This document shows positions 29,733 to 37,777 of a stretch of DNA of 39,178 bases, piece by piece. This stretch comes from a virus. The notes under the pieces are model-generated. The model worked only from the letters and a program-made list of their open reading frames with translations, had not been told where the DNA came from and did not search any database. The translations under genes were made by a program, and so were the position numbers. Location: the UHGV virus genome UHGV-0034768; one strand, written 5' to 3'. Each line of letters opens with the position of its first letter. Within the stretch, counting starts at the first letter, position 1.

Positions 29733-30077
29733 ATGGAACGTAACGCTAACGCATACTATGAGCTGCTGGCTGCAACCGTTGAAGCATTTAACGAGCGTAT
29801 TCAGTATGACGAAATAGCTGAAGGCGATGAGTACCACGATGCACTGCATGAGGTCGTAGACGGTCAGGTCCCGCATTATTACCACGAGATTTTCACGGTG
29901 ATGGCTGCTGATGGTATAGACCACGAGTTTGAGGACTCTGGGCTGATGCCTGAGACCAAGGACGTAACGCGTATACTGCAAGCTCGCATCTATGAGGCAT
30001 TGTATAACGACGTGTCTGATAGCTCGGATGTGGTCTGGTTTGAGGCTGAAGAGGAAGACGAAGAGGACTGCGAGTGA
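29733..30077 (+). CDS. ocr: Ocr, DNA-mimic anti-restriction protein (T7 gp0.3-like)
   Basis: 114 aa, very acidic; blocks [49 protein letters not shown] match T7 Ocr ([41 protein letters not shown]). Confidence 0.95.
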   Translation: MERNANAYYELLAATVEAFNERIQYDEIAEGDEYHDALHEVVDGQVPHYYHEIFTVMAADGIDHEFEDSGLMPETKDVTRILQARIYEALYNDVSDSSDVVWFEAEEEDEEDCE

Positions 30078-30226
30078 TAGTAACTTATGGTCTCTGCAAG
30101 CACCACGTCACCAACGCCAGGATTTTGGTCAAGACCGGGCGGTTAAACCACGATGCGGCTATGCGTCACCTGAAAGCGGTCTACGAGGACCGCAAGCGCA
30201 CCCACGACAGCTTACACGCTGAGTGA
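30074..30226 (+). CDS. possible gp0.4-like small protein (T7 gp0.4 inhibits FtsZ)
   Basis: 50-codon ORF not in the supplied track, GTG start overlapping the ocr stop; product ..TYGL....[13 protein letters not shown]....LHAE resembles recalled T7 gp0.4 (..QYGL....AMAQLKELYENNK....ESAE). Confidence 0.45.
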   Translation: MIVTYGLCKHHVTNARILVKTGRLNHDAAMRHLKAVYEDRKRTHDSLHAE

Positions 30227-30292
30227 TAGACGAGAGGTCATCGACTGATAGGTGGCCTCAAAGATTATCACTTACATTGATAGGAGTTAACT

Positions 30293-30382
30293 ATGAACAT
30301 CGGTTACTGGGTATGCCTGTCTCCGGTCATCTTTCTGATAGCTTGGGGCCTTCTGGACGCAATCAAGCGAGGGTCATTCTAA
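30293..30382 (+). CDS. 29-aa hydrophobic peptide (early, gene 0.5-like position)
   Basis: MNIGYWVCLSPVIFLIAWGLLDAIKRGSF with TAGGAG RBS 7 nt upstream; short, so uncertain. Confidence 0.35.
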   Translation: MNIGYWVCLSPVIFLIAWGLLDAIKRGSF

Positions 30383-30576
30383 TGAGCTGGATACTTCTGG
30401 TCATTGGCTACGGGTTAATACTCGCAGTCATCATGAAAGACATCAACAAAGCGCGTACAGTCTACAACTTCAACTATGTGCGTCTGGGTCGCTGGACTGT
30501 ACGTCAACCTAACGGGCGATTCATGCGCAACTTAGCGAACGTCTGGGATATAGCAACTATCGGGAGTAAACTGTAA
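30382..30576 (+). CDS. 64-aa early membrane protein
   Basis: MSWILLVIGYGLILAVIM... single TM segment; TAATG overlap with the upstream peptide; the track ORF 30223-30576 is likely a 5' over-extension. Confidence 0.5.
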   Translation: MSWILLVIGYGLILAVIMKDINKARTVYNFNYVRLGRWTVRQPNGRFMRNLANVWDIATIGSKL

Positions 30577-30902
30577 TGAACAAGTCATACGGGATTAATC
30601 TGGTACACTCTATGGACGCAGAAATGAACATGTTAAGCCTACTGGCTACCGGGTATCGTCACGGAACGTCAAGTCACACCGCACGTCAACAGCAGGAGCG
30701 GGACCGTGTACTACAGGCACGACTCCAGGCAGAGGGCCATAAGGCTGAGCTGATGTGGCTGGCGTATGGTGGACGACCTATCACCGACGATGGTAAACTT
30801 CTGGTCTCAGGCTGGAAGGCGATAGACCAACGGTCAACCATCAAGCACACGACTCACGGTGACTTCAGTCATCTACACGCTAACCCATTGATATGCAAGT
30901 GA
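30576..30902 (+). CDS. hypothetical early protein (108 aa) at the position of the absent gp0.7 kinase
   Basis: ORF with ATG overlapping the upstream stop; no kinase motifs; immediately upstream of the RNAP gene. Confidence 0.6.
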   Translation: MNKSYGINLVHSMDAEMNMLSLLATGYRHGTSSHTARQQQERDRVLQARLQAEGHKAELMWLAYGGRPITDDGKLLVSGWKAIDQRSTIKHTTHGDFSHLHANPLICK

Positions 30903-30907
30903 TTCTG

Positions 30908-30930
30908 ACTTAACTATCACTATAGGACTC
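30908..30930 (+). promoter_or_regulatory. phage RNAP promoter directly upstream of the RNAP gene, ACTTAACTATCACTATAGGACTC
   Basis: Consensus match; +1 G at 30925, 74 nt upstream of the RNAP start codon. Confidence 0.75.
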
Positions 30931-30998
30931 AAGGTCTAAGACTCCAAGTGAAAGACCAAAGAGACTTAAGTGAAAGACTAATAACAAGGACTTTAAGT

Positions 30999-33680
30999 AT
31001 GAGCGTCATCTCCATTGACAAACACGACTTCTCTGATGTGTCTAACGCTATTGAGCCGTTTAACCTGCTGGCTGACCACTACGGGCAAGACCTTGCAGTC
31101 AAGCAACTTCAGCTTGAGCATGAGGCATACACTGAAGGCGAGCGACGTTTCATCAAGAACCTTGAGCGTCAGACAGAGCGCGGTGAACTGGCAGACAATC
31201 AGGTCGCCAAGCCTTTGATGCAGACTCTGGTCCCTAAGATTGCGCAAGCCGTCAAGGAGTGGCATGACGGTCCAGACGGGAAGATGTCAACATCTCGTCC
31301 TAGCGTAGCGTTCACCATGTTGAGCACTGAAGAGAAGGCCGTCAAGGACCGCTCTCTGCGCATCTCCTGTGAGTCTGCTGCGGTTATCATACTGAAGGTC
31401 ATCCTCTCCAAGCTGGTAAAGCCTGAAGGGATACCGATTACACCGATGGCCTCAGCGATAGGTCGCACACTTGAGGACGAAATCCGCTTCGGTCGCATCC
31501 GTGACAAGGAGAAGGAGCACTTCAAGAAGGCGATAGCTGAGAACCTGAACAAGCGAGCCGGGGCATCCTACAAGAAAGCCTACATGCAAGCTGTTGAGAC
31601 CTCCATGCTTGAGCAAGGTCAACTGGAAGATGCGTGGGGAACTTGGAGTCCGACCGAGGCGGTCCATGTTGGCATCAAGATGCTTGAGATTGTCATCCAG
31701 TCCACTCAACTGGTAGAGCTTAAGCGTTATGGTGCTGGCAATGCAGCGGCTGATGTTGAGATGGTCCACCTATCAGACTTCTGGGTCAAGAAGATGGCCC
31801 AACGTGGCTTCAGCCTTGCGGGTATCGCTCCAGTCTATCAACCTTGCGTAGTTCCACCTAAGCCGTGGACGGGTGTCGTAGGCGGTGGGTATTGGGCCAA
31901 AGGACGCAGACCGTTGCCACTGATTCGCTTAGGGTCTAAGTCTGCGGTAGCACGTTATGAGGACGTGTACATGCCTGAAGTCTATGACGCTGTGAACATC
32001 ATCCAGAATACACCTTGGAAAGTTAACAAGAAGGTGTTGGACGTGGTGAACATGGTCGAGAAGCTGAACAACACGCCTATTGATGATATCCCTCAGATGG
32101 AGCCACTGAAGCCTGAAGACTATGCGGGTGAGACTGAAGAGGAACTCAAGGCATGGAAGAAGGCTGCTGCTGGTATCTACCGCCGAGAGAAGGCCCGGCA
32201 GTCACGTAGATTGTCACTGAGCTTTATCGTTAACCAGGCTAACAAGTTCTCTCAGTTCAAGGCCATCTGGTTCCCGTATAACATGGACTGGCGCGGTCGC
32301 GTATACGCTGTGCCGATGTTCAACCCTCAGGGTAACGACATGCAAAAGGGTCTCCTTACTCTGGCAGTCGGTAAGCCTATTGGTGCTGATGGTTTCAAAT
32401 GGCTGAAGGTCCACGGTGCAAACTGTGCGGGTATTGATAAAGTCACCTTCGAGGAGCGCATCAAGTGGGTGGAAGACAACCACGACAACATCATGACTAC
32501 TGCTAAGGCACCGATGGACAGCATTGAGTGGTGGGGTAAGTTAGACTCTCCGTTCTGCTTCCTCGCGTTCTGCTTCGAGTATGCTGGCGTAATGCACCAC
32601 GGCCTATCTTACTCTTGCTCGCTACCGATAGCTTTCGATGGGTCCTGCTCTGGGATTCAGCACTTCAGCGCGATGCTTCGAGATCACATCGGTGGACATG
32701 CAGTAAACTTGACGCCATCCGGTAAGGTCCAAGACATCTACCGCATCGTATCCGACCGCATTGAGGAGGAACTTAAAGTCCTGCTGGTTAACGGTACGGA
32801 CAACGAGATGGTAACTCACGAGGATAAGAAAACTGGTGAGATTACCGAGCGTCTCAAGCTGGGGACACGAGAGCTGTCCCGTCAGTGGCTGACCTACGGT
32901 ATGTCACGCAAGGTTACTAAGCGTTCGGTTATGACTCTGGCCTACGGGTCGAAAGAGTACGGCTTCGCAGACCAAGTTTACGAGGACATCGTGATGCCAG
33001 CGATTGACTCAGGGTCTGGTGCCATGTTCACCGAGCCAAGCCAAGCGTCTCGTTTCATGGCTAAGATGATTTGGGAAGCTGTGAGTGTGACCGTAGTCGC
33101 TGCGGTTGACGCAATGAAGTGGCTTCAAGGTGCTGCTAAGCTGCTGGCTGCTGAAGTAAAGGACAAGAAGACAGGCGAAATACTGAAGCCTTGCCTTCCG
33201 GTACACTGGGTAACACCTGATGGTTTCCCGGTCTGGCAGGAATACCGCAAGAAGGATACAACCCGTCTGAACCTGATGTTCTTAGGGTCGTTCAACCTTC
33301 AGCCTACCGTCAACAGGGGTACGAAGAAAGAGCTGGACAAGCACAAGCAGGAGTCAGGCATTAGCCCGAACTTCGTCCACTCACAAGATGGTAGCCACCT
33401 CCGCAAGACTGTAGTCCACACGCACCGCAAGTATGGCGTAATGTCCTTCGCAGTGATTCACGATAGCTTCGGGACCATCCCGGCTGACGCTGAGTATCTG
33501 TTCCGTGGGGTCCGTGAGACTATGGTAGAGACCTACCGCGACAATGATGTGCTGCTTGACTTCTACGAGCAGTTCGAATACCAGCTTCACGAGAGCCAGC
33601 GCGACAAGTTGCCTGAGCTTCCGAAGAAAGGTAAACTGAACATAGAAGACATCTTGTCTTCAGACTTTGCATTCGCTTAA
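30999..33680 (+). CDS. gp1: DNA-directed RNA polymerase, single-subunit (T7 gp1-like)
   Basis: Start at MSVISIDKHDFSD (T7 MNTINIAKNDFSD) with AAGGA RBS; extensive identity to T7 RNAP including PWTGVVGGGYWA, FPYNMDWRGRVYAV, NCSLP.AFDGSCSGIQHFSAMLRD, HDSFGT, and C-terminal FAFA. Confidence 0.97.
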   Translation: MSVISIDKHDFSDVSNAIEPFNLLADHYGQDLAVKQLQLEHEAYTEGERRFIKNLERQTERGELADNQVAKPLMQTLVPKIAQAVKEWHDGPDGKMSTSRPSVAFTMLSTEEKAVKDRSLRISCESAAVIILKVILSKLVKPEGIPITPMASAIGRTLEDEIRFGRIRDKEKEHFKKAIAENLNKRAGASYKKAYMQAVETSMLEQGQLEDAWGTWSPTEAVHVGIKMLEIVIQSTQLVELKRYGAGNAAADVEMVHLSDFWVKKMAQRGFSLAGIAPVYQPCVVPPKPWTGVVGGGYWAKGRRPLPLIRLGSKSAVARYEDVYMPEVYDAVNIIQNTPWKVNKKVLDVVNMVEKLNNTPIDDIPQMEPLKPEDYAGETEEELKAWKKAAAGIYRREKARQSRRLSLSFIVNQANKFSQFKAIWFPYNMDWRGRVYAVPMFNPQGNDMQKGLLTLAVGKPIGADGFKWLKVHGANCAGIDKVTFEERIKWVEDNHDNIMTTAKAPMDSIEWWGKLDSPFCFLAFCFEYAGVMHHGLSYSCSLPIAFDGSCSGIQHFSAMLRDHIGGHAVNLTPSGKVQDIYRIVSDRIEEELKVLLVNGTDNEMVTHEDKKTGEITERLKLGTRELSRQWLTYGMSRKVTKRSVMTLAYGSKEYGFADQVYEDIVMPAIDSGSGAMFTEPSQASRFMAKMIWEAVSVTVVAAVDAMKWLQGAAKLLAAEVKDKKTGEILKPCLPVHWVTPDGFPVWQEYRKKDTTRLNLMFLGSFNLQPTVNRGTKKELDKHKQESGISPNFVHSQDGSHLRKTVVHTHRKYGVMSFAVIHDSFGTIPADAEYLFRGVRETMVETYRDNDVLLDFYEQFEYQLHESQRDKLPELPKKGKLNIEDILSSDFAFA

Positions 33681-33694
33681 CAGGAGAGATAGTT

Positions 33695-33895
33695 ATGAAA
33701 TTTGCACACAAGCAGACAGGAGTTAAGGGTGGGACTCAAATCGTGACCGTAACAGAACATAATGGCAAGGGTCTGGTGAAGACCACAGTCATTCCTACCG
33801 AGATGTCAAAACAGCTTAACGTCCAGTTCAAGTGGCTGGTTAAGCAGGTGGAGCAGACGCACGAGCAGGTCCTTAAAGAGGCGGCAACCAAATGA
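33695..33895 (+). CDS. hypothetical protein (66 aa)
   Basis: ORF with CAGGAGAGA RBS right after the RNAP stop; no T7 counterpart at this position. Confidence 0.55.
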   Translation: MKFAHKQTGVKGGTQIVTVTEHNGKGLVKTTVIPTEMSKQLNVQFKWLVKQVEQTHEQVLKEAATK

Positions 33896-33973
33896 CAGAC
33901 CTACAGTTACTGGCCTTGTGGCTGGGAGCACTAGCAGTACTCACTCTAATCCAACGCAGAAGAGGTTAACCAT

Positions 33974-34453
33974 ATGTTCGGTAAGTCAAAACTTAAAGCA
34001 CAAATCAAAGAGTTGAGCATGAAGGTGGCATACTTGGAGCGAGTCGTAACGGTCCGGGATAAGGACAACGAGAGGCTGAAGGTTAAACTTGCTGAATCAG
34101 AGCGTAAGCGCCTGACACCACCAGCGGCTGTAACTGTCAAGCGTATGGTAGGCATCAAGTTCAAGGCACTGTTCAACGGGCTGTACCAACCGACTGAGTT
34201 CAAGACAGGGCCTGGTAGCTGCGGGAAGAACGTTAAGCATTTCACCATATCGAAGACTGAACGCACCATTACCATCCACCAGCACCACGTAGACGGGTCT
34301 CAGAAAGACTTTGAGTACCGACTGAGCGACATCGATGGTCGCATCCAGTATGACTACGAGCGGGTTAAGGTCTATGGCGAGGAGGCAGAGCAGGAACGTA
34401 TAGTACAAGCCTTACGCAACAGACAACGATTATACCCTAAACTATCACTATAG
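33974..34453 (+). CDS. hypothetical protein (159 aa; N-terminal heptad-like helical region)
   Basis: ORF with GAAGAGG RBS; no T7 counterpart between gene 1 and gene 1.1; function unknown. Confidence 0.6.
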   Translation: MFGKSKLKAQIKELSMKVAYLERVVTVRDKDNERLKVKLAESERKRLTPPAAVTVKRMVGIKFKALFNGLYQPTEFKTGPGSCGKNVKHFTISKTERTITIHQHHVDGSQKDFEYRLSDIDGRIQYDYERVKVYGEEAEQERIVQALRNRQRLYPKLSL

Positions 34454-34458
34454 GATTA
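34436..34458 (+). promoter_or_regulatory. phage RNAP promoter (phi1.1 position), CCTAAACTATCACTATAGGATTA
   Basis: Consensus match; +1 G at 34453; overlaps the stop of the upstream ORF. Confidence 0.8.
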
Positions 34459-34529
34459 GACTCAAGGTCATGACTCAAAGTCGTGGCCTTCATGATTAAC
34501 CCTATAACCTAAACAACTGGAGCTACAAC

Positions 34530-34709
34530 ATGTATCAGAACACTATCAACTTCGAGCGCATCCGTGAACGTCAGCAGACTGAAGATTACATTCCGAAGGG
34601 CCGCAAGCTGAACAAGACAAAGCGTGGCGGTGGTGTCAAGGGTGCTTTCCGTAACGCTGAAGGTAAAGACTCTCTGGTAAATCAAGAGAAATACTTCGTA
34701 GGAGCGTAA
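34530..34709 (+). CDS. gp1.1: gp1.1-like small basic protein
   Basis: 59-aa ORF not in the supplied track; contains KGRKLNKTKR as in T7 gp1.1. Confidence 0.7.
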   Translation: MYQNTINFERIRERQQTEDYIPKGRKLNKTKRGGGVKGAFRNAEGKDSLVNQEKYFVGA

Positions 34710-34712
34710 GAC

Positions 34713-35000
34713 ATGGGCATGTTCTCAAGAGCACATAGTGGAAACCTGAACACCCTGCGTAAAGCCATCCACAACTGGCAGTCCGAGACCGACTATAACG
34801 CAGTGGTCAACACTTGGTTTGACCCAAGGATGAACAGGCACTGCGTCAGGGCGGTTATAGTCCACATTCATACACGAGAGGTCCTCATCGAGAAGGACTT
34901 CACGGAGTACCCGAATATCCACGACGAAGATGTGCAGACAGTAGCGGTTGCCACTTGGTTTAACAAACAGTTCAACGACTACACTGGTCGATTCCTTTAA
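34713..35000 (+). CDS. gp1.2: gp1.2-like protein (T7 gp1.2 inhibits host dGTP triphosphohydrolase)
   Basis: 95 aa; MG....SGNL N-terminus and HDEDV motif as in T7 gp1.2. Confidence 0.75.
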   Translation: MGMFSRAHSGNLNTLRKAIHNWQSETDYNAVVNTWFDPRMNRHCVRAVIVHIHTREVLIEKDFTEYPNIHDEDVQTVAVATWFNKQFNDYTGRFL

Positions 35001-35017
35001 TTCTGGAGACATTAACG

Positions 35018-36058
35018 ATGACAACTATCAAAACTAACCCGCACCGCGCTGTAGATTACTCTGAGTCAGGCGTTACGAAAGCACTGGCAGCAGCCGGGTC
35101 GCTGGAAGCTGAAGTGAAGTACGATGGTGTGCGCCTGAATCTCCCGGTCCTGCGTGAAGGTGAGACCTACTGGCTGAGCCGTGAGTCTAAACCTCTTCCA
35201 GCCTTGGAGTGGATGAACTCTGAGTTAGGGAATGCGTGGACCCAAGCTGACTGGCGATGGTTCCTGCGTCAAGCTGGCTACGAAGGTGTGGGCATGATGA
35301 TTGATGGCGAGGTCATGGTCAAAGGTGTGGACTTCAACACCTCCTCAGGTCTAATCAGAACGAAGTGGCTAAAGCCTAACAATGAAGAGTTCGCTGAGTG
35401 CTATCCTGGACGTGGTAAGAAGGTCCCGTTCTGGGTCGCACGGTCACGACTTCAGGTTGTGGTCTACGGTGTCATCGACATGACAACAATTGCTGACCCG
35501 AAAGCCGAAGGCCCTATACATAGCGTCACACGCCTTAAGGCCGAAGCTATCGTCCCTCTCCTCCAGAAATACTTCCCGGAAATCGACTGGGTTCTGTCTG
35601 AGTCACACACGGTCTATGACCTTGAGTCGCTCAACTCCCTGTACGAACAGAAGCGTCTGGAAGGACACGAGGGTCTGGTAGTCAAGGACCCACTGGGTAA
35701 ATATAAGCGTGGCAAGAAGTCAGGCATGTGGAAGATGAAGCCTGAGGAGACCATCGACGGGACCGTGTGTGGTCTCGTGTGGGGGACTCAGGGTAAGGCC
35801 AACGAAGGTAAGGTGATTGGCTTCGAGGTGCTGCTTGAGGATGGCATGGTGGTTAATGCTTGTGGCCTGACTGAAGAACAGAAGGCTGAGTTTACGGAAG
35901 CCTGTAACACTGATACATATATTCTCGGTGGAATCAATCCATACGAAGGCTGGCAGTGTGAAGTGCTATTCATGGAGCGGTTCCCTGATGGCTCTCTTCG
36001 TCACCCTAGCTTCAAGTGCTGGCGTGGAACGGAAGACAATCCAACCGTTAAGAGTTAA
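35018..36058 (+). CDS. gp1.3: ATP-dependent DNA ligase (T7 gp1.3-like)
   Basis: 346 aa; adenylation motif KYDGVR; blocks MVKGVDFNTSSGLIRTKW, YEQKRLEGHEGLVVKDP, KRGKKSGMWKMKPE, PDGSLRHPSF..WRGTEDNP match T7 ligase. Confidence 0.95.
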   Translation: MTTIKTNPHRAVDYSESGVTKALAAAGSLEAEVKYDGVRLNLPVLREGETYWLSRESKPLPALEWMNSELGNAWTQADWRWFLRQAGYEGVGMMIDGEVMVKGVDFNTSSGLIRTKWLKPNNEEFAECYPGRGKKVPFWVARSRLQVVVYGVIDMTTIADPKAEGPIHSVTRLKAEAIVPLLQKYFPEIDWVLSESHTVYDLESLNSLYEQKRLEGHEGLVVKDPLGKYKRGKKSGMWKMKPEETIDGTVCGLVWGTQGKANEGKVIGFEVLLEDGMVVNACGLTEEQKAEFTEACNTDTYILGGINPYEGWQCEVLFMERFPDGSLRHPSFKCWRGTEDNPTVKS

Positions 36059-36065
36059 CTAGACG

Positions 36066-36108
36066 TCAACCCAGTGGTCTTAGGACTGCTGGGTTTCTTT
36101 GCTTTGTG
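36066..36108 (+). terminator. early (TE-like) intrinsic terminator after the ligase gene
   Basis: AACCCAG...CTGGGTT 7-bp stem followed by TCTTTGCTTTG; same position as T7 TE. Confidence 0.6.
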
Positions 36109-36140
36109 CTAGCAAGCTATCGTCTGGCCACCAGCCTGAC

Positions 36141-36163
36141 CCTAAGCTATCACTATAGGACAA
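36141..36163 (+). promoter_or_regulatory. phage RNAP promoter (phi1.5 position), CCTAAGCTATCACTATAGGACAA
   Basis: Consensus match with G at -12; +1 G at 36158. Confidence 0.75.
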
Positions 36164-36191
36164 CCATAACTTCGACCTAAGGAGGCCGACC

Positions 36192-36446
36192 ATGTTTAAG
36201 AACTTAATGTTCAACCGTTATTCCAGTACCTTCCACCTGTCCAACAACCCGTTCGCTTGCATTAAGCGCAACGAGAAGCTGGGATACTTCGGGAAGGCCG
36301 TTAAGCTGTCACCTACAGTCTTCGCTCTGATTACTCCGGGAAAAGCTGAAGAGGCTCGCCAGAAGCGTGAGACCAACGTACCTGTGGTCTACACTAAGTG
36401 GCCTCGCGTTCGTCTGTTCGTCGAGTTCATGAAGGAGGTGTTCTGA
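36192..36446 (+). CDS. gp1.6: gp1.6-like protein
   Basis: 84 aa; C-terminal ...WPRVRLFVEFMKEVF resembles T7 gp1.6 ...FPFVRLLLKRIKEVF. Confidence 0.75.
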   Translation: MFKNLMFNRYSSTFHLSNNPFACIKRNEKLGYFGKAVKLSPTVFALITPGKAEEARQKRETNVPVVYTKWPRVRLFVEFMKEVF

Positions 36447-36784
36447 TGGGATATGTATGTAACTGTGAGCGTGACTATGACACAAGTGATGGACATGCAC
36501 TTGATTGTGCTATTCACAGTGGCAACACCAAAGACAATATGATCGAAGGTGTCACTAAGCCATCACATTACATGCTGTTTGATGACATTGAGGCTATCGA
36601 AGTGATTGCCCGTTCGATGACCAATGAGCAGTTCAAAGGGTATTGCTTAGGTAACGTCCTGAAGTATCGACTCCGAGCTGGTAAGAAATCCGAGCTGGCT
36701 ACTATGGAGAAGGACCTGAACAAAGCAGCCTTCTATCAGGAGCTGTTCAACCTACATAAAGGTAAGTGCTATGCTGCCGAGTGA
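36446..36784 (+). CDS. gp1.7: gp1.7-like nucleotide kinase, short form (112 aa)
   Basis: IEGVTKPSHYMLFDDIEAIEVIARSMT..EQFKGYC.GN.LKYRLRAGKKSELA matches the C-terminal half of T7 gp1.7; start at ATG 36446 with GAAGGAGGTG RBS. Confidence 0.85.
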   Translation: MGYVCNCERDYDTSDGHALDCAIHSGNTKDNMIEGVTKPSHYMLFDDIEAIEVIARSMTNEQFKGYCLGNVLKYRLRAGKKSELATMEKDLNKAAFYQELFNLHKGKCYAAE

Positions 36785-36862
36785 GTGGTGCCGGGAGATG
36801 TACGAGAAGACTCTCAACCCGGACTACATTACGTTATACAACCAATGGAAGGAGCGCGGTTT

Positions 36863-37021
36863 ATGACTGAGGTTGAGAAGAAATACATCGTGGAGCTTGA
36901 GGGTCGCGTTCAGTCCTTCGAGGTTCCGGTGTACGCAAAGTCTCTTGAAGAGGCTACCCTGAAGTCCCAAGAGTATGAGGACGCTGGGTTCGTGGTCGGA
37001 CGGATTCGTCCTGAGACCTAA
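36863..37021 (+). CDS. gp2: gp2-like inhibitor of host RNA polymerase
   Basis: 52 aa; [15 protein letters not shown]....YEDAGF.VGRIRP resembles T7 gp2 HSFEVPIYAETLDEA...YVPAGFEVTRVRP; RBS GGAAGGAG. Confidence 0.8.
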   Translation: MTEVEKKYIVELEGRVQSFEVPVYAKSLEEATLKSQEYEDAGFVVGRIRPET

Positions 37022-37039
37022 ACTATCACTGTAGGACAG
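37017..37039 (+). promoter_or_regulatory. variant phage RNAP promoter (phi2.5 position), CCTAAACTATCACTGTAGGACAG
   Basis: Consensus except G at -3; +1 G at 37034. Confidence 0.6.
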
Positions 37040-37078
37040 ACGTCCAGTTCGTAACTTTAAATTAGGAGATTTAAACCG

Positions 37079-37777
37079 ATGGCTAAAGAGCAACTGAAGA
37101 CTTTCACCACTCCGGTAGCTGGTATCGTTGAGCCTTACGCATGGCTGAACAAAGCAGACACCAAGTTCAACGAGCGTGGTGAACACAAAGTCAACCTGAC
37201 ATTTGACCTGAGCAACCCGAAGGTCCGTAAGATGATTGATGTCTTACAGAAGATTCACGACGATGCGTATGCGAAAGCACTCGCAGACCACGAGAAGAAC
37301 CCACCTCAGGTTCAGCGTGGCAAGAAGCCTATTGAACCACGAGAAGGCGACATGCCGTGGATTGAGAATGGTGACGGTACTGTTACCCTGAAGTTTAAAT
37401 GCTTTGCGTCTTACCTGAAGGATGGTAAGTCAGAGCCTATCGTATTACGGTTCTACGACACCGATGCTAAGTTAATCCGTGACGTCCCGAATATTGGCGC
37501 TGGCTCAAAACTGAAGGTCAAGTTTAAAGTCCTGCCGTTCAAGTGGAACGCTGCTACTGGTGCAAGCGTTAAGCTCCAGCTTGAGTCCTGCCTTCTGGTA
37601 GAACTGAAGGAGTGGAAAGGTGATGGTGCTGGTGGCGATGGTGGCTGGGGTGATGATGAAGACCTCGGTACTGGCTACAAAGCGTCAACCGATGGTGACT
37701 TCGGGTCTGATGACTTCGGTGACGATGATTCCGAAGGTGGTGACGACTCAAGCTCTGGTGGCGATTACGACTTCTAA
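37079..37777 (+). CDS. gp2.5: single-stranded DNA-binding protein (T7 gp2.5-like)
   Basis: 232 aa; blocks GKKP..P.EGDMP, NGDGT.T.KFKC.AS, GSKLKVK, GASVKLQLES..LVEL; acidic tail ending ...GDYDF. Confidence 0.95.
   Translation: MAKEQLKTFTTPVAGIVEPYAWLNKADTKFNERGEHKVNLTFDLSNPKVRKMIDVLQKIHDDAYAKALADHEKNPPQVQRGKKPIEPREGDMPWIENGDGTVTLKFKCFASYLKDGKSEPIVLRFYDTDAKLIRDVPNIGAGSKLKVKFKVLPFKWNAATGASVKLQLESCLLVELKEWKGDGAGGDGGWGDDEDLGTGYKASTDGDFGSDDFGDDDSEGGDDSSSGGDYDF

Noticed and set aside
29992-30222. 76-aa ORF overlapping the 3' end of ocr
   Set aside because: Arg/Pro-rich low-complexity product with no ribosome-binding site; the GTG-initiated ORF at 30074-30226 in another frame gives a protein resembling gp0.4.
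30948-30998. Upstream extension of the RNAP ORF (track start 30948), and similar 5' extensions for DNA polymerase (2225), exonuclease (5031), scaffold (8996) and gp2 (36785)
   Set aside because: Alignment to the T7 N-termini and better-placed ribosome-binding sites support the internal ATGs at 30999, 2261, 5142, 9071 and 36863.
37569-37751. His-rich minus-strand ORF (HHRLTL...HHHPSHHRHQHHH)
   Set aside because: It is the mirror of the repetitive GGTGATGATG codons encoding the acidic Gly/Asp tail of the SSB gene; a composition artefact.
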